In this document: positions 39,859-55,399 of the stretch, one piece after another
Layout: each line of letters starts with the position of its first letter
Numbering within the stretch: the first letter of the stretch is position 1
Origin: Octopus sinensis
Taxonomy: Eukaryota
Reading direction: 5' to 3'
Assembly (NCBI RefSeq): GCF_006345805.1
Contig: NC_042998.1
Location: 130,882,001 to 130,946,000, forward strand
Length of the DNA: 64,000 nucleotides
Position numbers and translations under genes: made by a program
The notes under the pieces: generated by a model
Database searches by the model: none
What the model was told of the DNA's origin: nothing
The model's input: the letters and a program-made list of their open reading frames with translations, nothing else

Positions 39859-40087
39859 GAGCTGGCAGAAAAAGGCGGCGAGCTGGCAGAAACATTAGCA
39901 AGCCGGGCGAAATGCGTAGTCGTATTTCGTCTGCCGTTACGTTGTGAGTTCAAATTGCCTTTCATCCTTTCGGGGTCGATAAATTAAGTACCATTTACGC
40001 ACTGGGGTTGATGTAATCGACTTAATCCGTTTGTCTGTCTTTGTTTGTCCCCTCTATGTTTATCCCCTTGTGGGCAATAAAGAAATA
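39859..40087 (+). mobile_element. Main-family SINE with a 13-bp target-site duplication
   Basis: tatactgcaatag at 39846-39858 and 40088-40100. A short duplicated head fragment (gagctggcagaaa) and an internal deletion after the B box are present. Confidence 0.92.
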
Positions 40088-40651
40088 TATACTGCAATAG
40101 AAATATATTGGGGAGTTAGGGTTTAATTCCTTTGTCAACGCTTTTGATCTTATAGTTGTGTATTTTTTGAGTCAAATTCTAATGTACAATTCCATAGTTT
40201 GTGTGTCTCGTTCGTTCACATATTCAAAGGAGAATATTTTCCCCTAGCAACTGCGAGAAGTTTTTTTCATTTACAATTGAAAGCTTCCATATTTTAGGAA
40301 ACAAACCATTTTTTCTCTACTTGCCCGTTTACATTTGTCAGGCAAAGAGGTATTGTCTATCAAAAAGCCCCTGCCCGACGTTAAACTTTTCCCCAGGTGA
40401 TTAACCACATGTAGAAATGCAGGAGTGCTTATCATGTTAGAAAAGCTGCCATTGGAATACGATATATCGGAATTCTTTACGTTCAGAAAATAGCTTATGC
40501 CTTATGTGTCAACGTCGTTGTTATCCCAAAGTGGAGGCAAAGAATACCACTGATAAACACACGATAAAAAAACAAGCTCTTGTTCTTTGTTTGAACCTTT
40601 AGATGCTTAATTTATACATTAACACATTAGTAGAAAAGGTTATTATTATTA

Positions 40652-40734
<83 letters not shown>

Positions 40735-40736
<2 letters not shown>

Positions 40737-40997
40737 TTATTTTTTTCTTAGGATATGGGCTGTACTTGTGAGCACAATCTTTTGGATTTCTCTGAGGCAT
40801 GATTCTCCTGGGATGTTGTCTAGATGTTTTTGATATCACTTTTTTATCATATCTAAGACGCCTGCAATAAAAGGAACAGCTCTTGTTTTAAGATACCATA
40901 TCTTTTGTATTTCAATTTCCAGATTCTTATATTTACTTAATTTGTCAGATTCCTTTACAGCTATATATTTATCTGTTGGAACACTTATATCTATTAT
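40735..40997 (-). mobile_element. R4/Dong-clade LINE, short 3' RLE fragment embedded in (TTA/TTG)n
   Basis: IIDISVPTDKYIAVKESDKLSKYKNLEIEIQKIW..VPFIAGVL, then QK..TAHILRK in another frame. TTA-type repeats lie on both sides. Confidence 0.85.
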
Positions 40998-41571
40998 TAT
41001 TGTTGTTGTTGTCGTTGTTAGTGTTATTATTATTATCATTACTATTCCAACCGTATCTGTTCTGGAAATGATTAATTACAGTAATCACTAAAATATAATG
41101 AATTTCGTATTGGATCTGTATATATGTAAGCATGTGTGCATCTACACACCCACACACATACGCGTGTCTGTTAGTTATTTTAGAATTATTTTATGTATTT
41201 CGTTTTTTCATTTTTCATTTTTTTTTTTGTTTATTTCGCAATTTCGCAACCTACATACGAAATCAATCACACTATGCATATATCTTATAAAAGTTCTACA
41301 AACATAATATTATAGTCTATTAGCTAAACCATATCCATCATTGCTCGACTGATAAGCCTAAAAATACTTTATTAAAACTGGCTCTCCTAAATTTTTCAAC
41401 TTCCTATGAAAGGAAATCTAAAAATCTTCGTTTTGGTAATCATTGCCAGAGTTTAGTCATCATTTCCAATATGCTAGCTAGAATTTCAATGGAAGGCGTT
41501 GGGATGGAGTAGCAATCATAACAATTTAATCATTCATTAACAATTATTGATTCTTGTTGTTGTTTTTGTTG

Positions 41572-41644
<73 letters not shown>

Positions 41645-42246
41645 TTTATTTGTTTTTCTTTACAGTGACATATTTTTCATTTTTACCAATTTGAAATTTA
41701 TTCCTTTATTTAATTATTTATTTTTACATTGATCTTTTCAAATGAATTTATTAATAATAATTTTCCATTCTCTTTCGTATTTTTCTTTTCATTTGATCAT
41801 TTATTTTGGGTTTTGCTGTTGTTTTTATTAATAGTTTCTTCATTACCATGATCATGATCAACTTCTACCACCTCCTACCCCTTTTCTCCTCTTCATCATC
41901 ATCGTCATCATCATCATCATCATCAACCTCATCATCACTATCATCATTATCATCATGATCACCATAATAAGGATCATCATCATCATCATCATTACAGTTC
42001 TGCCTTAATTAAAATGTCTCTTCAATGCAGAACTGTTGGAATTTTAAAAAAATATGAATGCATTTTAATTGTCTTCCCTCCACATCAATTTCTGTCTCCT
42101 TCTCTCTCTCTGTCTCTCTCTTTCTTTCTTTCTTTCTCTTGGCTTTATATTCTTTCACACTTTTTATATATTCCCCATTCTAAATCTCTCTCCCTTTATC
42201 TTTCCCGTTCTATTCATTCTTCTTCTTCTTCTTCTTCTTCTTCTTA

Positions 42247-42310
<64 letters not shown>

Positions 42311-42326
42311 GTTGTTATTATTATTA

Positions 42327-42387
<61 letters not shown>

Positions 42388-45300
42388 CCAATCACTCTTT
42401 CTAAATTGATAATCTTCATGCAGACTGTCTCTCAATACATCTCGTGTACTCTCTCGTCCCCTCACTTTATATCCTCACTCTATCCTCCTTACTTTCTATC
42501 TATCTCTCACTCACTCCCCCCCTCACTCTTTCTCTCTCTCCCTATCTCTCACACTTCATCTTTCATCTGTCTACATTTTTCTTTCTCGATCTCGACTACT
42601 ATTTCTCATAGCCTTTCTCTTTGTTAAATGTCTCCCTTTCAGACTTTTCCCTCCTGATTCTCCTTCTCCAGCTTTATATTTCTTCAATTCTCCGCTTTCT
42701 CCGTTCACAATTTATGAGATCCTTTTGTATTTATCCCCCTCCTATTCCTCTGTATTTCTCTCCATACTAGTCGTCTAAATTAATATATTTTCCTCTCTTT
42801 ACGACTCTTTCTTCTGTTATCTCTGTCTCCTTTTTCTCTCACCTTTATTCACTTCTATTTGCTTTTCTTCTTCTGTCTCATATTCTCTTCTCGTGTCGCT
42901 CACTTTTTCCCCTTTGCTTTGGTTCAGTTGATAGCTTTTATGAGAGAAACGAGAAGAAAAGTCTTTTGAATGACTCTCAAATCGCTGACGAGGCCAAGTC
43001 TATCTAGAGCCATCATATTTGGTTTACAGTTCCTTACAGAAGAATCGACGGGTAACTTCAAGTCAGCAAACAATAGCTTGTTGATTACTGTTACATCTAG
43101 TTTACAGACAGGCTATCAATGTAACAGCGATTATTTAATCATTTTGTTTGTAAGCTTTTGTTTGATTTTCCTGGAATTTTATACACAAGAATTTTGTATA
43201 GTTTTTAATGTAATACATGAAAGATAGAGGAAACAGATTCATCACTGAAATCTTATTTGTTGCTATCTAAAATGGACTTTTTATTTCCCTCATAATAATT
43301 AATTTTGAAGAATTACAAAATTCCTGCATTTATATTCAGTTATGTCACTCAACTTACGTTACCACAAATCTCGAAATAACATTTGTAAAATGAATGATAA
43401 TATTTCAGACGGCCTTTTTTCATAGAAAACAGTGAATATGCGCCGTAAGTATCGTTTCGTTAAATGAACGTTGATGCAATCACATTGCGGCTTTGTCACT
43501 CTTAACTGTCGTCAAACTTAACGAATGAAGAGTTCGAGTTTGCTTCTATTGAGTGATACGAACCACCAAATCAATCGGTCTCTCATGGTTCACTTTTCTC
43601 TTTGCAGATTTTGAAATGCATCTAAGTTTTTAAATTTAAAAAAAACTATAGATGAAAACTTGAAGCTGTTTAACCACAAATTTTCGTAAGTCACTATGAA
43701 AATAAAGCGATTGTTTCCACGAGGTTGTTGATGGCTGGTTGATATATTCTTGATGGAAGTATAGTTTTCCATATTATATGTAGAGGTAACTGAAAACGAT
43801 TGGTAGTCGATGGCACAAGGAATAACTGAAGTGAAATTTCTCAATCAGGAACGTACTGGGGTCCTATGATCATTGCATGGTCTTCGAAGTGTTTGATTTT
43901 AGCTTCTTTTAAAACAAATTAAGCATTATGGAATTCTTAGAACTAAATGGTGTATCATCTCATTGATGCTCTAAATAGTAGACAAAGTAGAGTCAATATA
44001 ATCGACTAATCCTCTTAAGCTGGTTGCAATTCAATGACTGAAACTTATAAAAGAATGAAGACAAGTAAAAAATAAAACGAATTAAAAATGGACGACATAA
44101 TGAAGGAAAGCTAAAAATAAAAGGAAATAATTTTAACGTCATGCATAATTACACTTACATACAATATAGACACGGATATATAAAAGATGAAATTGTGATA
44201 ACAAAAACTACATGAACACTAGTATATGCTTCAATCTGTTTATAACCCGTCTATTAAAGTACACGTTTAACATACATCATATAGGAATGCGCTCTTTTCT
44301 TAATGACAGTTTCATAATGATGGTTTAATTCGCTCCCATTTTTTTCATGTTTATTTGTATATCAAAATGAAAATAATGTTTGTTTCTTCAAACTAATGCC
44401 GTTTTTATAAAAGATAAGATAATCATATAGTTTATATAATTCGCTTCGGTGTTTTTCTGGTACTTATTTTAACGACGCTCTTATGAGATGAAAGACAAAG
44501 TAATCCGATGAATATTTGAACTTATAAACATGTGGTACCTAACTAGATAACGTTTTTAATGAATCTGTCTAGTTTGGCATTCTAACGTTTGCGCTAACTC
44601 ACATGCCCTTGAAGATGTAGATATAAGATTAGTTGCTCTTAAGTGTTGCCATGTCAGACAATCGTATTGCTTACAACAAAGGCCAAGTATTTGATTGGCA
44701 CAATCTTCACTGACAACATTTACTCGTTGATCTGCACTTCATAATATTGTAATCCCTCCCCCACCAACGAGATTACATGTACCTCCCCGCCTCCGACTTA
44801 CTTGGCTTCGTCCCAACTCCACCCACATAAAATAACTAAATAAACAGACAAGTTATTTACTGCACCTGTCATTCTGCTTTCTGACATCTATTAAACCACA
44901 CTAACATTACGTATACTCACATATGTACACACACACAATCACACATACACACATACGCACGCACACACACACACATACACATACACGCACACTCTTCTCT
45001 AGGTCCTTGCACTAAAAAACACGCTCGATCCTATGTTTAGCATACTGCTTCTCTATGCAACGTCAGTGCCTGCTTACGAATTACTTACCTTCATCATCTC
45101 AAACGAAACATTAACCGCACTAACCTTCCCCACTATGCGTCTCAACCTTCCGCTCTAGGTGGCGCTATAGAGGTTATGGGCACAGTTCTTCCTTTTTAAG
45201 AGCAGAGTAAAGTAAAATATTCAGACAATAAATAAACAACTTACAAGAATTGTGTTTATGAGTCTAGCAGACAATGAAAGAAACCAAGGCCTCGTTGATA

Positions 45301-48300
45301 GAATGTTAGAAGTAAGGATTGGATGTTACATTTGCTTCTTAAACGTGTAGTAGCATCCTGTTTGGTAACTGCACTTATTAGTCCTTCTTATAATATTTTG
45401 TTATTATTTTTATTATTAGTAGTAATATCATTATTATCAGTACTGTTATCGGTGCGGTGAGGCAATCTTTTTTTTTTCTTTGAAATTACATTACAGTTTT
45501 AATCCTCTGTGTATTGGCTCATAAACCACTCGGTTCAACATTGCTTTTAATGGTTCGACGAAACAAATGCCTGTGTGTATAATTAAAGAAGCCATTAATA
45601 TTATTATCGTTGAGCTGTAGAGTAACTGAACCGGTAGATTGACGTAAGTGTCCCCTGTTATTTAGTTTCTACTACATGATGAGACAAACTTCCCACTCAT
45701 CTTTCCGACGTATGGAAATATGTACCAGTTATTTAATGGTGTTAATCGAATCGACTATGCCATTCAACATACTCGACCTGTGCCAACGTCGGGAGAAAAA
45801 TTTATTATAACTGTGTAGGATGGTGGTTTTGCAAAACTGTAAGACTATCGGATTGTGAAATTTGTTCCGGCTTTTTAGTCTCTAAGTTCAAAACCTACCG
45901 AGGTCAACATTCTTTTCGTTCTTCCAATGTCAATAAGTAAAGAAACAGTCAATTCTTTATGTCGATACAAACAGTGGTTCGCTTCCCCAAAATTAGGGGC
46001 CCCATGAATTTTGTAAATCATCATTACTGGTGCATTAATGATGTTAGTGTTGATAACGAAATGAGGTAGTAGTGGAGATTATGGCGAATCCTCGAGGTTT
46101 TGGAGAATTTCTTCGGTTCTCACGGGAAAAAAAGCAACTAATTTATTAGCTTAGTATCATTGTCCTCCAATCATATATCTACTGTTTTATCTCTATTCCA
46201 TTTCTTGGTGTAGTACTGATAATGAAACTAGTTTTGTGGATGTGGCAATTGTCATAGATAGTTTCAGTGGAGGTTCGGTGACATTTAAAAAATTGTGTGC
46301 ATTGCACTTTTTAGGTGAGGTAAATGATGTTCCGACTTTTTAGGTGAAGTAAATGATGTTCCGACTGTTTTGCAGGATGATGTCTACAGCGTGGGCAGAA
46401 GTGGGGATGAAGTTACAGAGATTTGCTCATCTGCTAAGGGGGAAAGATTAATCAAAATGTTTGTACATAGTTTGAAGGAAGACGAAATACTAAAGAAATG
46501 TGAAGAATAGTAGGATATATCCGACAGGTTTCTGCATAGTTTCCGTCTACAGAATTTCACCACACAAGGCTCTGCATGATCGGTGTCTATAGTAGAAGAC
46601 AGTTACTAAAGGTGTTGCAAAGTGAAATCGCATCTCGAATCAACTGCCAGATATGCTTTTACCGTTTAACTATACGAATTTCAAAATAGAGGATCAGAAG
46701 TCATTTTAGTTGCCAAACGACACACATAGAAGAAATGAACGGCATGTGTATGAGCCTACAGTATTTTGATAAATAGTCGAAGGAAAGGAAAGTAGGGACG
46801 TAGTCTCGGCATCAACAACAGATTTGCGAACAGTACTTTTATGTGATATGCGTTTGGTTGTTGAGGAGGTGAACAACTAATCAGATCTGAAGTACTTTCT
46901 GTCTCATGAAGAGGAAACCTAATCTTTATGATGGAGTATATGCAATGTTATCTATGTGTTGTAACAATGAGATATCCTGAGATTTTTCGAAGTCCAACAT
47001 TTCTTGCTACTTTGAACGTTTTAGATGTGTATTATTCATATTAAGGATACGTAAGTGTTTCCTTAATATAAAATGTTTTCTCGATATAAGCAGCTGTTGA
47101 AAATAATTAGTTTGCTATGTCATAAGAAGTTATTTTCAGAGTTTCTGATCATAGATGGAGTGCGAGTGATGCGTGAATTGTGGAGGTAAAATGTGGATAT
47201 TGCTAGTGTACAAAGCAGTTAGACTGGTACTTTTAGCAACAAGCATAGTAATTTTGAATTATTTTTGTTACTGTTATTCATAGTACTGTTTCATCCCAGG
47301 TCACCTCAGACCAAGCAGGTTATAACGGAAAAAACTTTCAGCTTTCACAATCCACACTTCTTTTTATGATTACATAGGATAAGATGATTGTTACATGTCA
47401 TTCGTTTTTATAAAGCATTGGGTATATATTCGGGCGCTAATTTTAGCCGTAGAGCTACCACATAGTTCTTCTGTAGCCTTGTAATATTACGGTTGATAAT
47501 GATGATGTATACTGTGTTAGGCATTGAGGTAATAATAGTAATAGTTGAGATGTTAGTCGGAGTAGTAATGTTAGTTGCCATAATGCTTGATATAAAGTTA
47601 GTTTAGTTGCTAATTGCAGTGCTATCAGTAGGAAAATAATAGTAGGTGTGAGTTCGTCGGACATTCGACTGCGGAAGTCATAATGGTTCGTGCCATGGCT
47701 TAACTGCTAGTTATGTTGAAACAAAATCACATCTTTCATTCTATTTAGTGGTCATTTTTACGATGATCAATCCAACATTCTCTGCAGAATGGCATGAATG
47801 TCTCAGCGTCTCATAGCAATGTTCATGAAAATATCTTTCAAGATCCTTCGTAAATTACTTATTATTCCAGGGTATTCTTTGTAAATGCCAAAGAATCCAC
47901 CACCGTTGATGTAGGTATACCCACTCTTTTTCACTCTCTCTTTCTCTCTCCCTCTCCCCCACTCTCACTTTCTTCTCTGCACGTAATTTTATTATTGTTT
48001 TTGGCTGCTTTTTGTACATATATTATATTTTTGCTTTATTCTATCGAATTATCTTTATATATCTATTCATTTAATTTATTTTTGGTTAAATATACGTTGC
48101 TTGTTTGTCTTCAATTTTCTTTCCCTCCGTTTTCTTATCTTAATTTTCTATTATCGCATAGATTTGTTTCGACACGCCGTCAAAACAAATAAAAAGAGTA
48201 AAATATACAATTAGAAAAAAAAGGAAACATGATGAATGCTTGTCATTGTTGTTGGTGTTCTTTGTTAGGTTCTATTTTCTATCTAGAAAACATTACAATA

Positions 48301-48409
48301 ATAGATATTACAATTACTGGAGAGAAGTTACCCACCAAACATCGGATAAAAAAGTATGAGTAAAATAAATGTTAGCTTCTAAAAACAAAAATAGCAGAAA
48401 CAACAAAAC

Positions 48410-48531
<122 letters not shown>

Positions 48532-49076
48532 TGATGATGATGATGATGATAATGATGATGATGAGGAGGAGGAGGAGGATGGGGATAACAATAATAATGT
48601 TCATGGTGATTGTAAAAATTAAATAGTAATAAAAGCATTAAAATTTGTAGTTAGTAATAACAGAAATAACAAGGGGAATGGTACTGATAACAGAAATAAT
48701 AACAAAACAAAAAAAAAAAACAAAGATAGTTATCAATTTTGGCATTCCGGCCCAATGATGGGTGCCTGAAATGATTCTCTGTCTAGCTTGCTGTCTTGCT
48801 GGCAGGCTGTCTAAGTAGCTGGCGCAAAAGTTTGGCTTAATTTATTTTTGTATTTCACCATGTTAAACTTTCTACAAGGTACTTACTCCGCCGTTTGTTT
48901 ACGTACATCGTAGTACGTAGATGCCTCTGGGGTAAACCAGCACAGACAGTCTGGTGAGGGTGATAATGCTTTGTCTTGAGGATGTTGTAGGTTTTGTTAT
49001 CTATGTGTATTATGCCTGCGTCTGTGTATATATGTATTTATATCTCCATATGTATGCATTTAAGTACGTAAGCGTG

Positions 49077-49214
<138 letters not shown>

Positions 49215-49332
49215 CCTGTATGTTCATATACATATGTACACACACACACTCATGTATATTCACACAAATTAAAATTGATATATATGTGGGAGTGCGTGCG
49301 TGTATATACACACAGAAACACACAAACACACA

Positions 49333-49363
<31 letters not shown>

Positions 49364-49415
49364 CACACACACACTCACACACATATATATATATATAGAT
49401 AGATAGATAGATAGA

Positions 49416-49449
<34 letters not shown>

Positions 49450-50236
49450 CATACATGCATACTTAAATGTGTAAACATATATGTATAATTATATTTATTT
49501 ATCTAATTATAATAATGTATATGCGTATACTGCATTTTATATATAATATTTGTCTGTCTAATATGCATGCATAAATTCACAGAAGCATGTATATAAAAGC
49601 GATGTGTGCATGCATGATTGCATGCATGTATCAGATGTTACATGTATGAAAATAGCGACTTTATATTGCAGTAAAAGATGAGGTGTTGGTGGCGGTGGTG
49701 GGAGGGGTAGGGGTATTAGTAGTATTAGCAGCAACAGTATTCGTTGTAGTAATAGCAAGTACAGAGGCAGTGGCAGCGGTAGCAGTACTATCTAGCAACA
49801 GGACGGGTGGGTTAGAACGTGAATAAATAGCAAAATAGATATATTTTGTCGATGATGCTTCAGTGTTAAGGGGAAAGATAAATATAGAGCGAAAAAGATA
49901 CAAAAAGCGAATAGATAAATACCACAAAGAGAAGCAAAGAAACAACGCGAATATTGTTGATTATTTTCTTCTATCTACTGTTTTATTTTCATAATATTTT
50001 AATTTTTATTTAGGTATATATTTGAAATGAAAAATAACCAAAAAATGAAATAGTCATTTTAAACAAAACTCTAAAGAAGATAACATACATGAATATAAAA
50101 GCAAGAAAAATAATAATATCTCCTCTTACGAGACAGAAAGTGTGAGTTGAGAAGGAAGGGTAAAAAAAATATTTTTCTTCAATTTCAGTCATTAATTGGT
50201 TATGTGTACGTGTGTGTATGTATGTGTTTATGTTGC

Positions 50237-50267
<31 letters not shown>

Positions 50268-50514
50268 ATGTAGATGTTCGTGCGTGTGTGGTCTTACTAC
50301 CCACGATAGCGAAAGCGGGCCAGTATTACAGAGAAATCAGGAATTATATCGGTACCAACGTACAATACAACTTAGACCGACTAACTTTATCTATTAGCTG
50401 CAATTTTCTCTATTCACGTAGGCATTCACAGACACAGGTTACGTGTAATGAAATATAGGTATATCATTTCCTCTATATTTATTAATATTCTTCATTTACC
50501 CCGTCCTTACGTCC

Positions 50515-50860
50515 TGTGTTCAAATTCCGCCGAAGTTGACTTTGCGCTTCATACTTTCAAGGTTGATAAAATAAGTACTACTTGAGTAATCGATATACCA
50601 TCTTCCCCAGAAATTGCTGGCCTTGTGCCAAAATTTGAAAATAATATTTACTAGTATTCTTAAACGCGGCGATCTGGTAGTAGCGTTAGTACGCCGGACA
50701 TTATTTCGTCAGTCTTTATGTTCTGAGTTCAAGTTCCATCGAGGTCGACATTCATCCTGTCGGGGTCGCTAAGGTAACTGCCAGTTGAGCACTGGGGGCA
50801 ATGTAATATAATTAGCCCCTCCTAGATATTGCTGGCCATGAGCCAAAATTTGAAACCAAT
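50515..50860 (+). mobile_element. Two degenerate main-family SINE fragments
   Basis: ttcaaattccgccgaagttgactttgc at ~50520; gcggcgatctggtagtagcgttagtacgccgg...ttctgagttcaagttcc at ~50667-50735. Confidence 0.7.
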
Positions 50861-52336
50861 ACTTTTTAATATTCTTTCTATAATGAGGGGCGCTGGTTTC
50901 AAACAAAAAAAAGAAAAGATCTCCTCCATCGGAGTTTGGTTATCAACAACGATAATTGTGGTAGGCCATGGACTTCTGGAAGTTATCCATGCTGGTACTT
51001 GGCCCAAAAGCCATCCGAAACAGACCAGCTAGCTTATACTCCTGAAAGCTTAGAGATTACCCAAAAGCATTATCGCTCTTACCACCGCTAGATTTCTATA
51101 CTATATTGCTAGTATAGAACTTCAACCAACCGCATTGCCAGACTGGTGGAGGGCAATGAGCGCTGGGCCAGCAGTTTTGAGGGGATGGTGTTCGTCAAAA
51201 ACATAGGCTATAGAATTTGACTGAAGTTATATTTATTGATTCCTGAAAGGATGAGAGGAATGTTGACCTACTTTGTATTTGAACTCAGGAAGTAAAGAAC
51301 CGGAAGAGATACCGCAAATAACAAATCTAACAACAATGACAACAACGAGTGAACTTCTGCGTACTTAACTCGCTAAAAAGAACAGCTAAATTGTTCTTGA
51401 ATCAGATCGTACCAGCTTTTAAAGAAATTCGACATTAAATAAGGTAACAATTGGTTCCATACGCACCTAACAAAAATGGCTGAAATATCTATATGATTTA
51501 GGGCTAAAGATCGTTCGTAGCAACACCAATAACTGCCATCTTAGATGGAAAACAGCAACAACAAAAACATAAGCATTATCAGTCACCAGCATCATAAAAA
51601 CTACCACCATTATCACTACTATCATAATGTGACAACAAGGGAGAGTCTGGATTTGGGTGTCTTAATCTGAGTTTCCTTTGTTGCAAGGGGTCAGCCCAGG
51701 CCGCCTATTTGAGGATAATTCTACCGTTCCTGCAACCAGTCTCGGAGACTGAAAAAATATAGCCACACGTGTTATACTTTCATCTTATTCTCGACTAAAC
51801 GATAAAACATATGATAGGTAAAATAACAAAAATAACACGAAGTTACCACTACTTATACGATAAACATCAGAACAACAGAAAAGCAACCACACTACGAAAA
51901 CACAGAAACCATCCATCTCTATTACTACCATAAATTTCTCCATCACCACCTAAAACACAAACTTCAATAACGCCAAACACAAACATCAATACCACCACCG
52001 ACAACATCACTTTGAACATAACAGCGACACCAATCATATCAAGATACACCAATCATATCAAGATATCAGCTATTTCAATCCACTTCAGTTACCACAACAA
52101 TACATAGGAAACCACCAACTAACAACAATAGTAATTACTACGATAATAACAATAACAGCAAAAACAACGGAAACATCAATAACGACATTTATATAGCAGC
52201 AGTGCAAAGAGAAGAGAAAATGAAAAGGTGTGGAATCCGGTGAAGAGGAATGGCGTTTGGGACGGGAGAGAGAGAGACGGGGTAACTTTTTAACACAAAC
52301 CCTAACAACATCGTAAATATATATATATATATATAT

Positions 52337-52388
<52 letters not shown>

Positions 52389-52430
52389 ATAATATATATA
52401 TATATATAATATATATATAATATAATATAT

Positions 52431-52476
<46 letters not shown>

Positions 52477-52773
52477 GGTGTGTGTACATATATACATACA
52501 TATTTGGTGAGGCAATTAAGAAGTGGGTGTGAATTAATGAAATTCAATTAAGCACTATATTTTATTCAGATATTTTCTCAACCCTAACACTTAGCTGCAA
52601 GCTGTTTTTTCAAAAGTGATGAAATTATTTTAAGTGGGGTTAAACATAGCGTTTCGCCTAGGGCTATTCGAAAATGTATACTAATATATCAAGGTATGTA
52701 TCCATGTATGCATGTCACGAATAAAATGTGTGCGCTTCTATGTGCAATTGTATGGATGTTTCATACACGTCCG

Positions 52774-52820
<47 letters not shown>

Positions 52821-53105
52821 TGTGTGTGTGTGTGGTGTGTGTGTGTGTGTGTGCGTGTTTGTGTGTTTGTGTGTGCGTGTGTGTGTATACACAGACAGCC
52901 ATACACACACATACACATACATACAGTTATATATATGTATGTATATATATATATATAGATATAGATAGATAACTAGTTAGATGGATAGATAGACATATAT
53001 GCATACATACATAAATATACATTTATACATATGCATGCATACATGTATATATACACACATATATATGCGCAAATATATATATATTAAATGCATATATATG
53101 AATGC

Positions 53106-53217
<112 letters not shown>

Positions 53218-54080
53218 TGCATGTTTATATATCCGCGCGTTCGTATGTGTGTGTAGTATATATATCCATGTTTTGTATTTTTAGACACATACATATTTAT
53301 AAATACATATATTTTCCTACATATACTCTGTATGAGGTCGCGGATATGTTGTTGATGTTTTTTTTTAATGCATATGATCGAATATATGAGGAAGCGAGCT
53401 CGTTTTTACTCTTAAAGATATATCTAAACTCAAATATTTGAATTTATTTCGCAGTTGTGTAAAACGTGGATATTTTTAATGTTTACATCGATTTTAGAAA
53501 TAATACGTAAAAAAAAAATATTTCTGCAAAAATTATATTTCAGTTCGAATTGCGCAAATACGAAAGCCATTAATACCCCTCCACACCACTGTTTGTATGT
53601 TGTGTATTTGAGCAATCCAATATTAATAATTACGAGTCAGCTGAAGCTACGAGTGTTATTGTATTGCGTCGAAAATCTCTTAAGCTTCGCAGTTTGCTAA
53701 ATATACTAATCGTTCAAAAATTAAGTCTGAACATCAAACACTTGTAAACAAACAGAGAGTGGGGTAAAAGAGGAGGGGGGAGAAGGAGGGAGTGAAAGTG
53801 GGAGAGGGAGGGAGGGAGTTAGAGAAAGTGGAGAGAGAGTGATAGAGAAACACTTATAATTAAGAAATAATTGGTTCTGGGAAATGTGTTGGTGTGCCTC
53901 AGGAACATGGTTAGAATGTAGTATGATAACAGGATAATGCTGTTAGCAAGAGAAGCTAGGAAATACAATAAATAGAGATGAAAGAATTATAAAATAAGAT
54001 ATAATAAAAGTCAACGAAAGTAGTTAACTGCAAGAAGGCATAAGTAGGTATAATTTTCTGTTATAGGTGTACGGATATAG

Positions 54081-54139
<59 letters not shown>

Positions 54140-54716
54140 GCAAAGAGAGGGAGAGAGAAAGAGAGATTGTCCTATATGCGGCAGGTAACTTAAAGCGAGC
54201 CTCGTTGCTGGGTGTTATAGTTTACTTCCTTGCGAGCACTTTCGAATCGAAGATTCCTCATCAGACTTTCCTAACTCATTAATTTTCTTAATGTTGGCTA
54301 GTGCCAATTTATACTTCTGGAAGCAGTAAATGCGTTTCCAGTGCATTAGGCTTAATGAAGTATGCCTCTGTAATTCTGGGGTTGACATCATCTATCACCC
54401 TCGCTACTGTCCGAGCGGGATAATTCCCCTTTACACTGTTTGCAGTGTTGTATTATTGCGCTGGGTGGTGTGGCCTCGTAGAAATGCACCTTCACTCTAT
54501 GGTGAAAATCTCTTTAAGTCGATCCTATGTATATTGCTCAACAGAAACATGTCATATGATATACCACGTTTGATTTTAAACACGCCCGGACGCTTCATTG
54601 GTTGGATCATTCTGATTGGGCACTGATTTAGTGAGCATGCGTCCAGGGTGTCGTTGGTGTTATTGTTATTGTTGAGTGAGAGGTAGTTTCTGATTGTGGC
54701 CCTATCTATCTCTCTC

Positions 54717-54803
<87 letters not shown>

Positions 54804-54995
54804 GATAGTACATCAATCTATATACTTTTAAAACCGTAAACATATACAAAATTAAACCTTTTATACATTACTAACTTTTATTGACCTTTATTTTATTTTA
54901 TCTGATCTTATTTCTTTAACTGTCTTTCCTAACTTCTCCTACTAAAGGCATTACACAGTTATCTCACTATAATTATTTCAGCACTAGTTTTGAAA

Positions 54996-55380
54996 TTTTA
55001 GAGGAAGAGCTTTGTCAATACCATCAACCCCCAATACTTCGTTTGGTATTATAATTTATTGATCTCTAAAGAATGGACGGTAAAGTTGAGCTCAGCAAGT
55101 CTTGAAGTCAGAACGTAAAGAATCAGAAGAAATATCGCATGGCATGTTTCCAACGCACTAACGATTCTGCCAGCCCACCACCTTTGTTGAAAGTTTTGGC
55201 AAAATGCTAGCCGTTTTAAAGGAAGTCGATTACATCGACCACAGTGTTCAACTGGTACTAAATTTTTCTACCTGGAATTGATAAAAGACAAAGTTGACCT
55301 CCGCGGAATTTGAACTCATAACGTAATGAGGGACGAAATGCCGCTAAGCAGTGTGCGCAACGTGCTAACAATTCTGCCAC
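54996..55380 (-). mobile_element. Two degenerate main-family SINE fragments
   Basis: agtcgattacatcgacc...gcggaatttgaactc...gccgctaagc at 55225-55380, with an older copy upstream. Confidence 0.7.
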
Positions 55381-55399
55381 CTCAGATTATGCTCTCATA

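Noticed and set aside
46309-46510. 29-bp tandem duplication followed by an acceptor-like ttttgcag and a short open frame
   Set aside because: No donor site and no recognisable protein; it may be an old RTE fragment.
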